Virus record (IMG/VR): IMGVR_UViG_3300016476_001164
Location: 1 to 37,059 of that record
Strand: one strand, 5' to 3'
Source of the DNA: a virus
Taxonomy: Duplodnaviria > Caudoviricetes
Length of the DNA: 37,059 nt
A program made the position numbers and the translations under genes. Shown piece after piece: positions 7,689 to 17,766 of this stretch. The notes under the pieces are model-generated. The model saw only the letters and a list, made by a program, of their open reading frames with translations. It was not told the DNA's origin and made no database searches. How positions within the stretch are numbered: the first letter of the stretch is position 1; each line of letters begins with the position of its first letter.

Positions 7689-9536
7689 TTATTGTCTATA
7701 TCCTGTTCTTACTAAATATATCTTTGTTGATGATCCAGAAACTAAATTATCAACAATAATACTCTGAACACCTGGATATATTGTTTTTAAGTTGCTATTT
7801 GATGAGTTAATTGTATTCCATTCTACTTCATTAAATAATCTATATGATGGTATTAGATAAGTCCAAGTACCAATACCACCACTTATTCTGTAATATACTA
7901 GAAAACAATCAGATATATTAAGTATATTATTGTTATTTGTATCAAATCTATAATAATCTTTTGAGTTAAATGGGCTTTGTTGAATTATTTTTGTAGTTAA
8001 ATAGCTTATATCATTTGGTGATGGAAGAGGAATAACTAAATTATCAACAACTATTCTAAAATCATATAATCTAATACTATTAGATGATGAAATATTAACC
8101 ATTCCATTAATATCAGTATTTGATGTTGAGTATAATGTATATGTAGTATCTGTTTTTAATTTACCATATAATTTTATAGGTATATTTAACATACCAACAT
8201 TCTCTGAATTATAAACATAAGTAGTATATGTAAATGTTATTGTTATAATACCTGGTGTTGAATTAACAGAACAAGTTCCATTTGTTAAAACTGCTCTAAA
8301 TTGAGTTCCATCATTTTGATTAGTATATGAGTATGTTGCGGTAGTATTTGATATATCACTCCATGTTACACCATTATCTGTAGATTTTTGCCATTTTGTA
8401 ATTGTTCCTGTATATCCACTTAAAGTCAATGTACCACTATTTGTAGTAGATGTATGTGAATTGGAATTAACTGAACCACCTACAGGAATGGTTCCTACTA
8501 TTGTTATTGTTGCAGTACCATAAGCACCAACATTTGGTTCTTTTACTCTAATAACATTTGTTGTTAGAGTGGCTGAACTTGTTGTATAAGTTAGTGTACC
8601 AATTCCAGATGAGTTTGTTGTAATTGTTCCTGTTGATAATGTACCACCACCAGAGTCAAATGTTATATTAACTAATGTAGGTTGGCCAACTCCATTTATA
8701 TCTTTAGTAGTCACGGTTAATGTTGTACTTGTTACACCACAACTAAAATTATTTGATGAAGTAACTGCAACTGATGCAATACCTTGTGAGTAACTACCAG
8801 TTGGCAATAAAGGTGTTGAATTATCATTTACAGCTGCTGTGTAAACTGCATGTTCTTCTGTTGCACCACCAGTTGCTGCAGTAAATCCAAAATAAACATC
8901 AGTGTTATTTAAGAAATTAGTTGCTAAATTAAGATTCAACACAGTTAAAGTTGCTGCAGTTGGTCTTGTTGATGTATTTGATATTCTAACTTCTAAAACT
9001 TTAGTAGAACCATTATATTCAATCCAGTTATATTTATTTGTACCATCTGCTAAATCTACTGGAGATGCAACTACATTTGTAGAACCATGTAGAACACCAT
9101 TAATATCAAGTGCAATGTGATTATTATTTAACTCACCATTATTATATGTATCATACTCAATTGCAATAGATTTTCCAGGTATTGCTTGATAACCCAAACC
9201 ACCACCTGCAGAACCTGCAGTATTACTTGCTTGTTGAATACAAAATGTCATACCATCAGCTCTTGAACCAGGTGTCATTCTTGAAACAAAGTAAGTTGAA
9301 AATGAAAAATCTGTAGGTAAAGAAACTTTTTGTTTCCAGAAAGCTGAACCTGATTGATTACCTGCATTAGGAGTAAGTCTAAGATAAGTACTACTTACAA
9401 TTGTTGCATTACCATTAATTTGCCAACCTCCAGCAGAACTAAAGTTTGGTGAATAAATAGGTATTGGAGTTTGTGCAAATGTATGACTACTTAATAAAAG
9501 TAGTATCAATACTACATAATTAAAATATTTTTTCAT
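7689..9536 (-). CDS. Secreted L-type (legume-like) lectin-domain protein with Ig-like and dockerin/EF-hand-like parts
   Basis: Signal peptide ending HTFA-Q; LRLTP, ADGMTF, GGGLGY, IEYDTY, YFGFTAATGG; DTNNNNILNISD. Confidence 0.85.
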   Translation of the reverse strand: MKKYFNYVVLILLLLSSHTFAQTPIPIYSPNFSSAGGWQINGNATIVSSTYLRLTPNAGNQSGSAFWKQKVSLPTDFSFSTYFVSRMTPGSRADGMTFCIQQASNTAGSAGGGLGYQAIPGKSIAIEYDTYNNGELNNNHIALDINGVLHGSTNVVASPVDLADGTNKYNWIEYNGSTKVLEVRISNTSTRPTAATLTVLNLNLATNFLNNTDVYFGFTAATGGATEEHAVYTAAVNDNSTPLLPTGSYSQGIASVAVTSSNNFSCGVTSTTLTVTTKDINGVGQPTLVNITFDSGGGTLSTGTITTNSSGIGTLTYTTSSATLTTNVIRVKEPNVGAYGTATITIVGTIPVGGSVNSNSHTSTTNSGTLTLSGYTGTITKWQKSTDNGVTWSDISNTTATYSYTNQNDGTQFRAVLTNGTCSVNSTPGIITITFTYTTYVYNSENVGMLNIPIKLYGKLKTDTTYTLYSTSNTDINGMVNISSSNSIRLYDFRIVVDNLVIPLPSPNDISYLTTKIIQQSPFNSKDYYRFDTNNNNILNISDCFLVYYRISGGIGTWTYLIPSYRLFNEVEWNTINSSNSNLKTIYPGVQSIIVDNLVSGSSTKIYLVRTGYRQ

Positions 9537-9541
9537 CTATC

Positions 9542-9550
9542 TATATATTA
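9542..9550 (-). promoter_or_regulatory. TAATATATA box
   Basis: 5 nt before the ATG at 9536. Confidence 0.65.
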
Positions 9551-9556
9551 AATAAA

Positions 9557-9582
9557 AAAAGAGAATACTAATATTCTCTTTT
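9557..9582 (-). terminator. Intrinsic terminator
   Basis: aaaagagaata-ctaa-tattctctttt; U-tract on the minus strand after the gene ending at 9602. Confidence 0.75.
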
Positions 9583-9601
9583 CTATTTTATTGATATATG
9601 A

Positions 9602-10102
9602 CTATTTACATTCACAAGGTGCACAATTACAAGTAGGACACTCATCATTACAAGGTGCACATTCCTCTTCATCTTTTTCTTCACTATCCCAGTTACATTT
9701 ACAAGGTGAACAATTACATTCTTTACACATCTCACTTTCATTATGAGTATCAAAATCTTCTTCCTCTTCCTCAATTGTAGTCCAATCTTCATTTTCAGCT
9801 CTATCTAATTTATCACCAAGAGTATCAAATATTAATATTCCATCAAATCCTTCTTCTCTTAAATCATGATAGAAATCATATTTCTCTTGTTGAGTTGGTT
9901 GCTTATCACCAAATGTTTCTTCCCATCTTGCTAAAATTTCTTCAGCACCAAATTGAGATTCTTCTGTACCAAAATTATCAGCATCCATATCAGCATATAT
10001 TTGGTCATTTTCTATTTCTCCTGCTTCTAAATCAGCAGCAATTCCTGCATTTCTAGAATCCATGAAGTTTTCATATATTTTTAAGTATTTCATATCTTTC
10101 AT
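9602..10102 (-). CDS. Acidic protein with MKYLKIYENF leader and 12-Cys C-terminal tail
   Basis: Two CxxCNCxPCxC units at the C-terminus. Confidence 0.75.
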   Translation of the reverse strand: MKDMKYLKIYENFMDSRNAGIAADLEAGEIENDQIYADMDADNFGTEESQFGAEEILARWEETFGDKQPTQQEKYDFYHDLREEGFDGILIFDTLGDKLDRAENEDWTTIEEEEEDFDTHNESEMCKECNCSPCKCNWDSEEKDEEECAPCNDECPTCNCAPCECK

Positions 10103-10113
10103 TTTTTTTAGTT

Positions 10114-11748
10114 TTATTTTTTGTAGTTGAACTTTTCAAACTTAGCAATAACTTTTTTATTTGTATTATCTATAGTTACTGTACTAGGTTTCATTGCTTT
10201 ATCAACACCTGCTTTAACAAAATCTTCTTTTGTTACAACTTTAGTCTTTCCTAACTTATCAATTAGATTATATTCATAATTCTCTTTTTGAATAATATTA
10301 CCTTGTTTATCTAATTTAGTAACATCTCCAATTCCTATTACTTTATTATCCATTTCAGGCTCTTTAGGATTAAACTCTACTGGTTCACTCCATTTTAAGT
10401 TTAAGTTGAAAGGAACACCAGATAAGTCTGTTATAATTTTATTTTTAAACATATCAACATATCTTTGTCCAACATAAGGTTCAACTGTACATTCACCAAA
10501 TATATTTGAAATAGAACCAATACCACCATGTCCACCTGATACAGTAATCTCATCTTGTCCAATTGATGTATCTGGGTTGTGATACCCTAAGTGTTTTTGG
10601 AAGTTACCTAATAACTCAGTCATATATTTACCTAAGTCATTTACAACTGTACCATTCTTCAATGTAGGAAGTTCACCTTCCATTTCTTCCATTTTCTTAT
10701 ATGAACATACTTGTAATGTTCCACCATATTGTAATAATATAAATTTAGGTTCAGAATCAATTTTACCATCTATAAAATCTCTTTCTACAATAGTTCTTGC
10801 TCTTAAAGCATTTGCCCAAGTTCCAGTAGGTACAAAAACTAAATCACCAATTTTTTGATAACCATCAACTCTTATAAGATTACCTCTTTTAAATTTATTA
10901 ATAAATTCAGCTTGTGATGTAAATGTTACTTTTTCATCAGGATTTAAACCTCTGGTTCTTTTTTGCATTTCACCTAATCTCCAAGTTGAATCTTCTATGA
11001 ACTCTTTTCTCTGTCCTTTTTTCCAACCAGACATAACTTGATTATGTTCAGGATAAACTTTCTTCATTACATTAAAAATAGAATAGATTGATGCATCTGG
11101 ACAATTCTCTATAACAGAGATAATTGTTTTAGAATCAGATCTTTTTAAGAATTGATTAAAAGCAGCTCCAAATTCCAATCTTCTTTTTTCAGATTTTTTA
11201 ATATCTTCTAAATTAAAATCTAATAATCTTTGCCAATCTACACCATAATCTTGGTATTTTGCAGAGTCAATCATATCAATAACATCTAATGTTAATGAAT
11301 CTTGTGGAACTCCTAATGACTGACATATAGCTTCATATGCAGAACCTGTTTTCTTTTTCTGAACTGGTGAAGATTTATATCTTTCTAACTCTTCTGGTGT
11401 AAAAATACCATGATGGTCTAAGTAATAGTCAATCATATCATCTCTTTCATCACCAGGCATATTAGCAAAATCCAATACAACATTAATTAATTTTGGATCT
11501 AAAGTTGTATATTTCCAACCTTCTGAATAATTTAAAATACCATATTTAACAATAGTAAAGCCAGCATTAATCAAGTATTTCTTTACTTCAATTGCAGAGA
11601 ATATACCATCCATATCATCATGAGTGTACATTGCAACTTGCTTACCTTCCTTACCTTTTTTCAACCAGTATTCTTCTGATTTAGGAAGTCTTGGTGAAGC
11701 TTCCTCTTTAATTAAATTAAAGTTATTGAATTTTTCTATTTTTCTCAT
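10114..11748 (-). CDS. DHH-family phosphoesterase
   Basis: HDDMDG, VLDF, YLDHH, MIDS, GGH motifs; leader MRKIEKFNNFNLIKE. Confidence 0.8.
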   Translation of the reverse strand: MRKIEKFNNFNLIKEEASPRLPKSEEYWLKKGKEGKQVAMYTHDDMDGIFSAIEVKKYLINAGFTIVKYGILNYSEGWKYTTLDPKLINVVLDFANMPGDERDDMIDYYLDHHGIFTPEELERYKSSPVQKKKTGSAYEAICQSLGVPQDSLTLDVIDMIDSAKYQDYGVDWQRLLDFNLEDIKKSEKRRLEFGAAFNQFLKRSDSKTIISVIENCPDASIYSIFNVMKKVYPEHNQVMSGWKKGQRKEFIEDSTWRLGEMQKRTRGLNPDEKVTFTSQAEFINKFKRGNLIRVDGYQKIGDLVFVPTGTWANALRARTIVERDFIDGKIDSEPKFILLQYGGTLQVCSYKKMEEMEGELPTLKNGTVVNDLGKYMTELLGNFQKHLGYHNPDTSIGQDEITVSGGHGGIGSISNIFGECTVEPYVGQRYVDMFKNKIITDLSGVPFNLNLKWSEPVEFNPKEPEMDNKVIGIGDVTKLDKQGNIIQKENYEYNLIDKLGKTKVVTKEDFVKAGVDKAMKPSTVTIDNTNKKVIAKFEKFNYKK

Positions 11749-11752
11749 AAAC

Positions 11753-11761
11753 TATATATTA
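11753..11761 (-). promoter_or_regulatory. TAATATATA box
   Basis: 4 nt before the ATG at 11748. Confidence 0.65.
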
Positions 11762-11779
11762 AATTATTTTATAACTTTT

Positions 11780-13153
11780 TTACTTCTTACCATAACCTTT
11801 TACAGCTTCTTTATCACCTTTTTCATCTTCTTCAAACTTAGTGTCAAAGAAGTTATGGTCATCTCTAACAATTTTAACCTCTGAATCCATTGTAGCATAA
11901 GGACCAAGGTCACCTGAACGGAATACACCACCATACATATCACCATTGAGAAAACCATTCATAAAGTAACAATTTCTCAACTCACTTTGTTCAACTTTAC
12001 AATTCAATATCTTTGAATTATCTGCATCAGAATGTTGTAATTTACTCTTAGAAACTTGTGAATTTCTAATTTCAGAACCTATAAAGTAACAATCTTCAAA
12101 AATTCCTTCAACTTGACAATTTATTAAGTCATAATTTTTAAGAGTTGCAGATGTCTTAAAGTTTGCATCTACAATTTCAATAGTTTGTTTCTCAATAACA
12201 TAGTTTATTATACACTCTTTTAAGTCTTGTGTAGATTCAACTATATTAAAAATTCTATCATATATCTTTTCATAATAAGTAGAAACAATATCATAGTTAT
12301 TATCTTGGTTAATCTGTAATTGAATAGTAGGAAAGTCAACAATAAAATTATCATACTTAGATAAGTTTTTAAAGTTACCAATGTTATCTTCTAAAAATTG
12401 TTCAAGTTTTGTAGTATCTTCTGATGTAAATAAAGCATCTATAGATTCATAAGTATTAATTATAAATCTTTCCATAAAGTATATTAATTGTCCTAAATTC
12501 TTTTCAAAGTCTTTACCTCCAATATATCTAAACTCTAATCTTTGAGATTCTTTATCATTATTAATATTTAAGAAGTTAATACCATAATATTTATCATTAG
12601 GAAGTCTTAAATTGTTTTTAACAACTGAAATAGGAATATTAAAAAAGTCATACTCTTTAAAAGGTATCATTTTCTTAATACTTTTTGCATAAACATTATC
12701 TTTTCTTGATGGGTAGTATCTATAAATCTCATCCTCATCTGTATTTAATATAAGTTTTAATATGTTTAAGTCATTTAAGTTTTTATCACCATTAAATGAT
12801 AGGTTAAAGTGAATAGAACACTTTTCATTTGTATAACCATAAGTTTGTATAAACTTTATTATCTTAATTAAATAAAATTTAGCATCATAAAAATCCATTG
12901 GTCCAGTTACCAACTCAATCATATTAGAACCACCTGATAAGTCAGGTTCAATCTTAAAGTTACTTTCATCTGGAGTAAAGTCTGAGTGATATTGTCTAAA
13001 CCCATGAACTTTAACAGGTGTAAGTTGTTGATTTAGAAGTTCTAAAGTTTTATAAAAAGAAAGGTCTTTCATATAAAACTCAAACTCCATACCAATAATT
13101 GCATTTTTTAGTTTACCTGATTGGTTAAGAAACTTGTCTGAATATTTTTCCAT
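11780..13153 (-). CDS. Putative amidoligase (COOH-NH2 ligase, Amidoligase_2-like) with beta-solenoid-like C-terminus
   Basis: GMEFEF, EPDLS, IELVT, CSIHFN, KYYGIN, LEFR motifs; roughly 5-residue periodic C-terminal region. Confidence 0.78.
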   Translation of the reverse strand: MEKYSDKFLNQSGKLKNAIIGMEFEFYMKDLSFYKTLELLNQQLTPVKVHGFRQYHSDFTPDESNFKIEPDLSGGSNMIELVTGPMDFYDAKFYLIKIIKFIQTYGYTNEKCSIHFNLSFNGDKNLNDLNILKLILNTDEDEIYRYYPSRKDNVYAKSIKKMIPFKEYDFFNIPISVVKNNLRLPNDKYYGINFLNINNDKESQRLEFRYIGGKDFEKNLGQLIYFMERFIINTYESIDALFTSEDTTKLEQFLEDNIGNFKNLSKYDNFIVDFPTIQLQINQDNNYDIVSTYYEKIYDRIFNIVESTQDLKECIINYVIEKQTIEIVDANFKTSATLKNYDLINCQVEGIFEDCYFIGSEIRNSQVSKSKLQHSDADNSKILNCKVEQSELRNCYFMNGFLNGDMYGGVFRSGDLGPYATMDSEVKIVRDDHNFFDTKFEEDEKGDKEAVKGYGKK

Positions 13154-13159
13154 ATTGTA

Positions 13160-13168
13160 TATATATTA
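13160..13168 (-). promoter_or_regulatory. TAATATATA box
   Basis: 6 nt before the ATG at 13153. Confidence 0.65.
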
Positions 13169-13254
13169 AATTATTATTTTCAATTATATAATACCCTATA
13201 AAAAAGGGACTTTACAACAAATTATATATAAAAAATAAAAATTATTGTAAATGA

Positions 13255-13644
13255 ATGGAGTTCTTCTGTGTCTATTGTAAAACAAGAAAAAAATTTGACA
13301 AATTTGTAAAGGTTAATGCTATAAAAAATAAATATATTATAGACATTAATAAAATAATGGCAGAAGAAGAGGTTGATTTTAATGATGATAAAACATACTT
13401 AAAAATTATCATATTTAATAAAATACAACAAGCAATAGACAAAAAGAAAGACATATACTACATTCCAGACTTTGACAATGAGTTCTCTATAGAAAAGCTT
13501 TTAAACCTTAAAAAGATACTTGGAGAAAATAACTTTAATGTTTTAATATTTTACAATGAATTTAGAAAAAACCCAGAAATAATTGATGATGTTTTTTCAA
13601 ATCTATCAAAATTTTCCAATTCTCAGATAATACGTGACTATTAA
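13255..13644 (+). CDS. Hypothetical protein
   Basis: 129-aa ORF; TTATATATA variant box at 13222-13230. Confidence 0.7.
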   Translation: MEFFCVYCKTRKKFDKFVKVNAIKNKYIIDINKIMAEEEVDFNDDKTYLKIIIFNKIQQAIDKKKDIYYIPDFDNEFSIEKLLNLKKILGENNFNVLIFYNEFRKNPEIIDDVFSNLSKFSNSQIIRDY

Positions 13645-13648
13645 CTAT

Positions 13649-13657
13649 TAATATATA
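13649..13657 (+). promoter_or_regulatory. TAATATATA box
   Basis: 19 nt before the ATG at 13677. Confidence 0.6.
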
Positions 13658-13676
13658 CTAAAAAATATATTTAGTT

Positions 13677-15722
13677 ATGGCAATTTTAGGAGGTTCACCA
13701 CTTGGGTTAATAGGTGTCAGAAGTACACCAGTTCAAGGAACAGGTATGTCCACATTTAATGGTGGAAATAGTCGTAATATTAATGTAAATAAATATAATT
13801 CTGGTATTAATCCAAATCCAAAAAAGAAAGGTACTGAATCTTTACTTAGTGGTAGAACTACTTTATCACCATATGGAAATATTGGTTCCATTGGTACTGA
13901 TAATGGTGGTGGTCAAGGAATGGATAAAGGAGCATATGGTGGTGTTAATAAAAATACACTACATAATAATGCGGTTTATGATACAAGTTTATTAAATATA
14001 ATAGAGAGATTATCAGGTACAGAAGCTGCATTAAGACCTGGAGACTTTGCTTACTTAAAAGATGTTGGTGTTTATCCTAATAATAGATTAATGATTGCTA
14101 GAAGATTTCTATCACCACATAATGATAATATCTATGGTAAAAGTAAAGGAGTTTCATCAGTACCAATGGCTATTATGATTAGTTGGAAACCACAAGAAGA
14201 AGATTTTGTTGAAATATCATTTGGTGAAGAATGGGTTGCTGCAAATGCAGACTTTACTAATGTATTAAATTCATTAGGTGAAGATTTTGGTATGAGTGGT
14301 AGACTTTCTTTAGGTAATATAAGTAATGCAGCATTTAATGTTGTGTCATTACCAGGTTTCACTGAAACTTTACAAAGAGCAGTTTTAACTAAAATGGGGA
14401 TTTTGGATAATGATGGTGATGAAAAAGCACTACCATCAGGTAACCCTAACCTTATTAAAGAAGCAAAAAGAAGAAAAAATGTTCCATATACAGATGCAGG
14501 ATCAGGATTGAAATGTACAGTTAATATAAAAATGACTTGTGAATGGGAACAAAAATTTATTTCTGGAATAGATCCAACTATAGTCTTTCAAGATTTAATT
14601 GCAACTATTTTAAGATTTGGTACTTCAAGAAGTGATTTCTATGGACTAAGTAAAAAATTTGAACAAAAAATAGAAAAATGGGTAAATAATCCTGAGACAT
14701 TAGCTAAAGATTTCATTGATTATATTGCAGGTGCATTAAAAGATATTGCTGCTGAAGTAAAAACTGCCATAAGTGATTTTTTAGGTCAAGGTAAACAAGA
14801 TGTTCCACCAGATAAAGAACCAACTCCAAAAGAGGCAGCAGAGAAAAATAATAAAGCAATTGATGACCAAATTACTAAGGCTCAAGATAGTTTTGATAAA
14901 TTAGTAAGTCAGATTGGTACAGCATTGAAAAAAACAATACAAAAATATAGATTGGAAATAGAAGGTATTGCAAGAGCTTTAAGTGGTATGCCTTCTACTC
15001 CTTGGCATATAACAATTGGAAATCCATTAAGACCTACATTTTGTGCAGGAGATATGTATATGTCTGATAACATGACATTAAAATTAGGACCTGATTTAGC
15101 TTTTAATGACTTACCATCAAGTATAACTACAGAATTTACATTAACTAATGCAAGACCTTGGGGATTACAAGAAATATTAGCAAAGTTTAATGCAGGTAGT
15201 TTAAGAGTGAGTAATGGATTAAAAGATGCAAATAGTTTAAAACCTAATGAAAAACTTTCAAATGGGAAAACTGATGATGGTGAACCATATAATGATACTG
15301 GTGCCACTGCAAGTAATTCAGCAACTACAAGTGTTGCAGGAAATACAAGTCAGTCTTCTGCAAATAAAATAACTAATGATGCCTCACAAAAAGCAACTGC
15401 AGATAGTGTTGCAGTTACAAAGGTTGGACCATTGTCAGAAGAGGATGCAAAAATTGCTGCAGCTACAAAAGATGCACCAGTTGCCTTAAATGGTACAACA
15501 CCTGTTAATCCTACAATACCATATAATCCAAGTACATCATTAGCAAGTGTATCAAGTTCTACAACTAATGTTGTGAATAATGTTCAAGGTCAGGCAGTAA
15601 GTGCTGTTTCAACAACTAAAGAAGCAAGTACTGCAGGTCAACAAATAGTATCAGATGCCACAAATCCAGTAGCAGCAACATTTCAAAATATAGATTTTGG
15701 TGTATTTAATAGAATTGCATAA
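13677..15722 (+). CDS. Putative tail/baseplate structural protein
   Basis: 681 aa, directly before the gp53-like gene; PWHITIGNP; low-complexity Ser/Thr/Ala tail; function from context only. Confidence 0.5.
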   Translation: MAILGGSPLGLIGVRSTPVQGTGMSTFNGGNSRNINVNKYNSGINPNPKKKGTESLLSGRTTLSPYGNIGSIGTDNGGGQGMDKGAYGGVNKNTLHNNAVYDTSLLNIIERLSGTEAALRPGDFAYLKDVGVYPNNRLMIARRFLSPHNDNIYGKSKGVSSVPMAIMISWKPQEEDFVEISFGEEWVAANADFTNVLNSLGEDFGMSGRLSLGNISNAAFNVVSLPGFTETLQRAVLTKMGILDNDGDEKALPSGNPNLIKEAKRRKNVPYTDAGSGLKCTVNIKMTCEWEQKFISGIDPTIVFQDLIATILRFGTSRSDFYGLSKKFEQKIEKWVNNPETLAKDFIDYIAGALKDIAAEVKTAISDFLGQGKQDVPPDKEPTPKEAAEKNNKAIDDQITKAQDSFDKLVSQIGTALKKTIQKYRLEIEGIARALSGMPSTPWHITIGNPLRPTFCAGDMYMSDNMTLKLGPDLAFNDLPSSITTEFTLTNARPWGLQEILAKFNAGSLRVSNGLKDANSLKPNEKLSNGKTDDGEPYNDTGATASNSATTSVAGNTSQSSANKITNDASQKATADSVAVTKVGPLSEEDAKIAAATKDAPVALNGTTPVNPTIPYNPSTSLASVSSSTTNVVNNVQGQAVSAVSTTKEASTAGQQIVSDATNPVAATFQNIDFGVFNRIA

Positions 15723-15737
15723 AAAAATAAAATAAAT

Positions 15738-16244
15738 ATGGATATAAAATCATTACATGAAGGAGTAAAAATAAATCCAGATACTGGTTTATATAATTTA
15801 TTCACACCAACATTTATATTTAATAATACAATTGCTTTAAGTGAACATATAGTTACTAAAGATGAAGAGATGAGAATAGATTTAATATTTGCAAATATGT
15901 ATTTAATTGAACCATCTATGATGAGTGAATATTATCAAGATATTGATGTTTTACTATACATAAATAATATAGATAATCCATTAAATATAAAAGAAGGAAT
16001 GTTATTGTATTATCCTGCAATTGATGATATTTATAGATTTAGATACACACCATCAGGTCTAATAAATGATACATCAATTACTAAACAATTAGGTGTACCA
16101 AATACACCAAACAAAGCAACAAGAACTGATAAATCAAGACAAAATTATATTGAGAATGATTATTCTTTATCACCAGTGGTTTTAGATACACCTAGAGAAC
16201 CAGTAAGAATAGAAAATGGTAGATTTTCAATAGGAGGATTATAA
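15738..16244 (+). CDS. gp53-like / LysM-like baseplate wedge protein
   Basis: MRIDLI...Y...LLYINNIDNPLNIKEGMLLYYP pattern. Confidence 0.7.
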   Translation: MDIKSLHEGVKINPDTGLYNLFTPTFIFNNTIALSEHIVTKDEEMRIDLIFANMYLIEPSMMSEYYQDIDVLLYINNIDNPLNIKEGMLLYYPAIDDIYRFRYTPSGLINDTSITKQLGVPNTPNKATRTDKSRQNYIENDYSLSPVVLDTPREPVRIENGRFSIGGL

Positions 16245-16245
16245 T

Positions 16246-17766
16246 ATGGAAGAAATAAAGTCAGTAAGAGTAAGAAGAAGTAATGTTAAATCAGGTACAT
16301 TAGACATCAAAGTAACTTTATATGAAAATAAACGTACTTTTGGTGCAGATGAAATCATACTAGTAGGTTTTAACAATGATAGACCTGTTTGGACATCAAT
16401 GACTTATAAGAAAAATGGATTATTTAAAGATTTCACAAATGACCAATTTATTCAATATTATATTGATAGTAATGCAAAATCAGATGGTGGTGGACAAGAA
16501 TATGAAATAATACAAGATCCTTGGCAAGTTAAAGTACCTATTTGGAGAAATTATGGATTTGATCCTTATTACTTAAATAATGGTGCACAAATATACATAA
16601 ACTGGAGTATAGATGATTTTGTAGCAGGTGGACTAACTTTTAGTGATAGTAATGGTAAAGAAATAAACACAACTCCATCAATAGAAAAAAGAAATTATAT
16701 AATTGGTATAGATGACCCTTCTAAAAGTGAAAATTGGTTGATGCACCTAAATAAAAATAATGAAATTACATATAGAAATAATGGTGATACACAAGTTTAT
16801 GGTGGTTTAGTAGATGATATTTATATAATAGAAGATATTATTAGGGTTTGGAAAAGAAAAGTACCAAATTACAATGATTTGGCTCTTTGTTCACCTAACA
16901 ATGAAAGTTGTTCTATAATACCTTATAAAAGTCCTTTAAAACCTATAGAACCTGAACCTACACCAGTAGAAGTTGTTGCAGTTAATGAAACACCTAAAGA
17001 ACCTATTACTGTTGTACTTCCAGATTCTATAAAGGTAAAAGTTGATACAACATTTAAAATATTTATAGGTAAGAATAAAGAACTTGAGGTTAATCAAAAT
17101 ACTATACAAGATGATGAATTAACAGACTTATCAGATGAGTACACAGAAGAACCATTTGCAGGAGTTGAAGAAGAAGAATTAAAACTTCAAGAAGAGGTTA
17201 GTTCAGGTCAAGAAGATAGTGATAGTGAATTAGTTGAACCTGGAACACCAGCAAATATTAAACCTTTTAGTGATTTAGATTCATTATTGAGATTGGCAGG
17301 TGAGTGTGCAAGAGAATTAGGTAAAAGTCCAAGAGTTAACTATAAAAATCTTAGAAGTGGTTATATAAAAGGAGTACATGGTCTATGTCCACAAGGAACT
17401 TTATCAGTTTTATATGCACTAACTGGAGTTAAACAAGTAGGTAAAATAAAAGGAAATGCAAATACATTCTCTATGAATGGTAGTAATTCATTTGCAGGAA
17501 CTGGATATTTTAATAATAAAATAAGATTATCTAAAGATTATTTTAATTCACCTGAAAAGTGGCAAGTTGGTGATGTAGTTGCAGTTGACTATACTGGTGG
17601 TAAACCATATGGTCATATACAAGTATGGACAGGGTTCAAATGGATGAGTGACTTTACACAAAATAAACTACAAATAGCACATGTTGATTGGAATTCAGTT
17701 GCACTTCATAGAATGAATAATAAAGGAATTGATGCAGTTAAAAAACAATCATCATCAATTGTTTAA
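16246..17766 (+). CDS. Protein with C-terminal CHAP/NlpC-P60-like peptidoglycan peptidase domain
   Basis: GLCPQG, GNA, QVGDVV, YGHIQVW, WMSDF.Q (Cys/His pair). Confidence 0.75.
   Translation: MEEIKSVRVRRSNVKSGTLDIKVTLYENKRTFGADEIILVGFNNDRPVWTSMTYKKNGLFKDFTNDQFIQYYIDSNAKSDGGGQEYEIIQDPWQVKVPIWRNYGFDPYYLNNGAQIYINWSIDDFVAGGLTFSDSNGKEINTTPSIEKRNYIIGIDDPSKSENWLMHLNKNNEITYRNNGDTQVYGGLVDDIYIIEDIIRVWKRKVPNYNDLALCSPNNESCSIIPYKSPLKPIEPEPTPVEVVAVNETPKEPITVVLPDSIKVKVDTTFKIFIGKNKELEVNQNTIQDDELTDLSDEYTEEPFAGVEEEELKLQEEVSSGQEDSDSELVEPGTPANIKPFSDLDSLLRLAGECARELGKSPRVNYKNLRSGYIKGVHGLCPQGTLSVLYALTGVKQVGKIKGNANTFSMNGSNSFAGTGYFNNKIRLSKDYFNSPEKWQVGDVVAVDYTGGKPYGHIQVWTGFKWMSDFTQNKLQIAHVDWNSVALHRMNNKGIDAVKKQSSSIV

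Noticed and set aside
9507-9536. MKKYFNY start of the lectin as a capsid-targeting leader
   Set aside because: It is followed by a hydrophobic core and cleavage site, so it is a signal-peptide n-region; no Glu site.
13255-13644. Degenerate P-loop kinase-like fold
   Set aside because: Only a vague strand/helix pattern and no Walker A motif; left as hypothetical.
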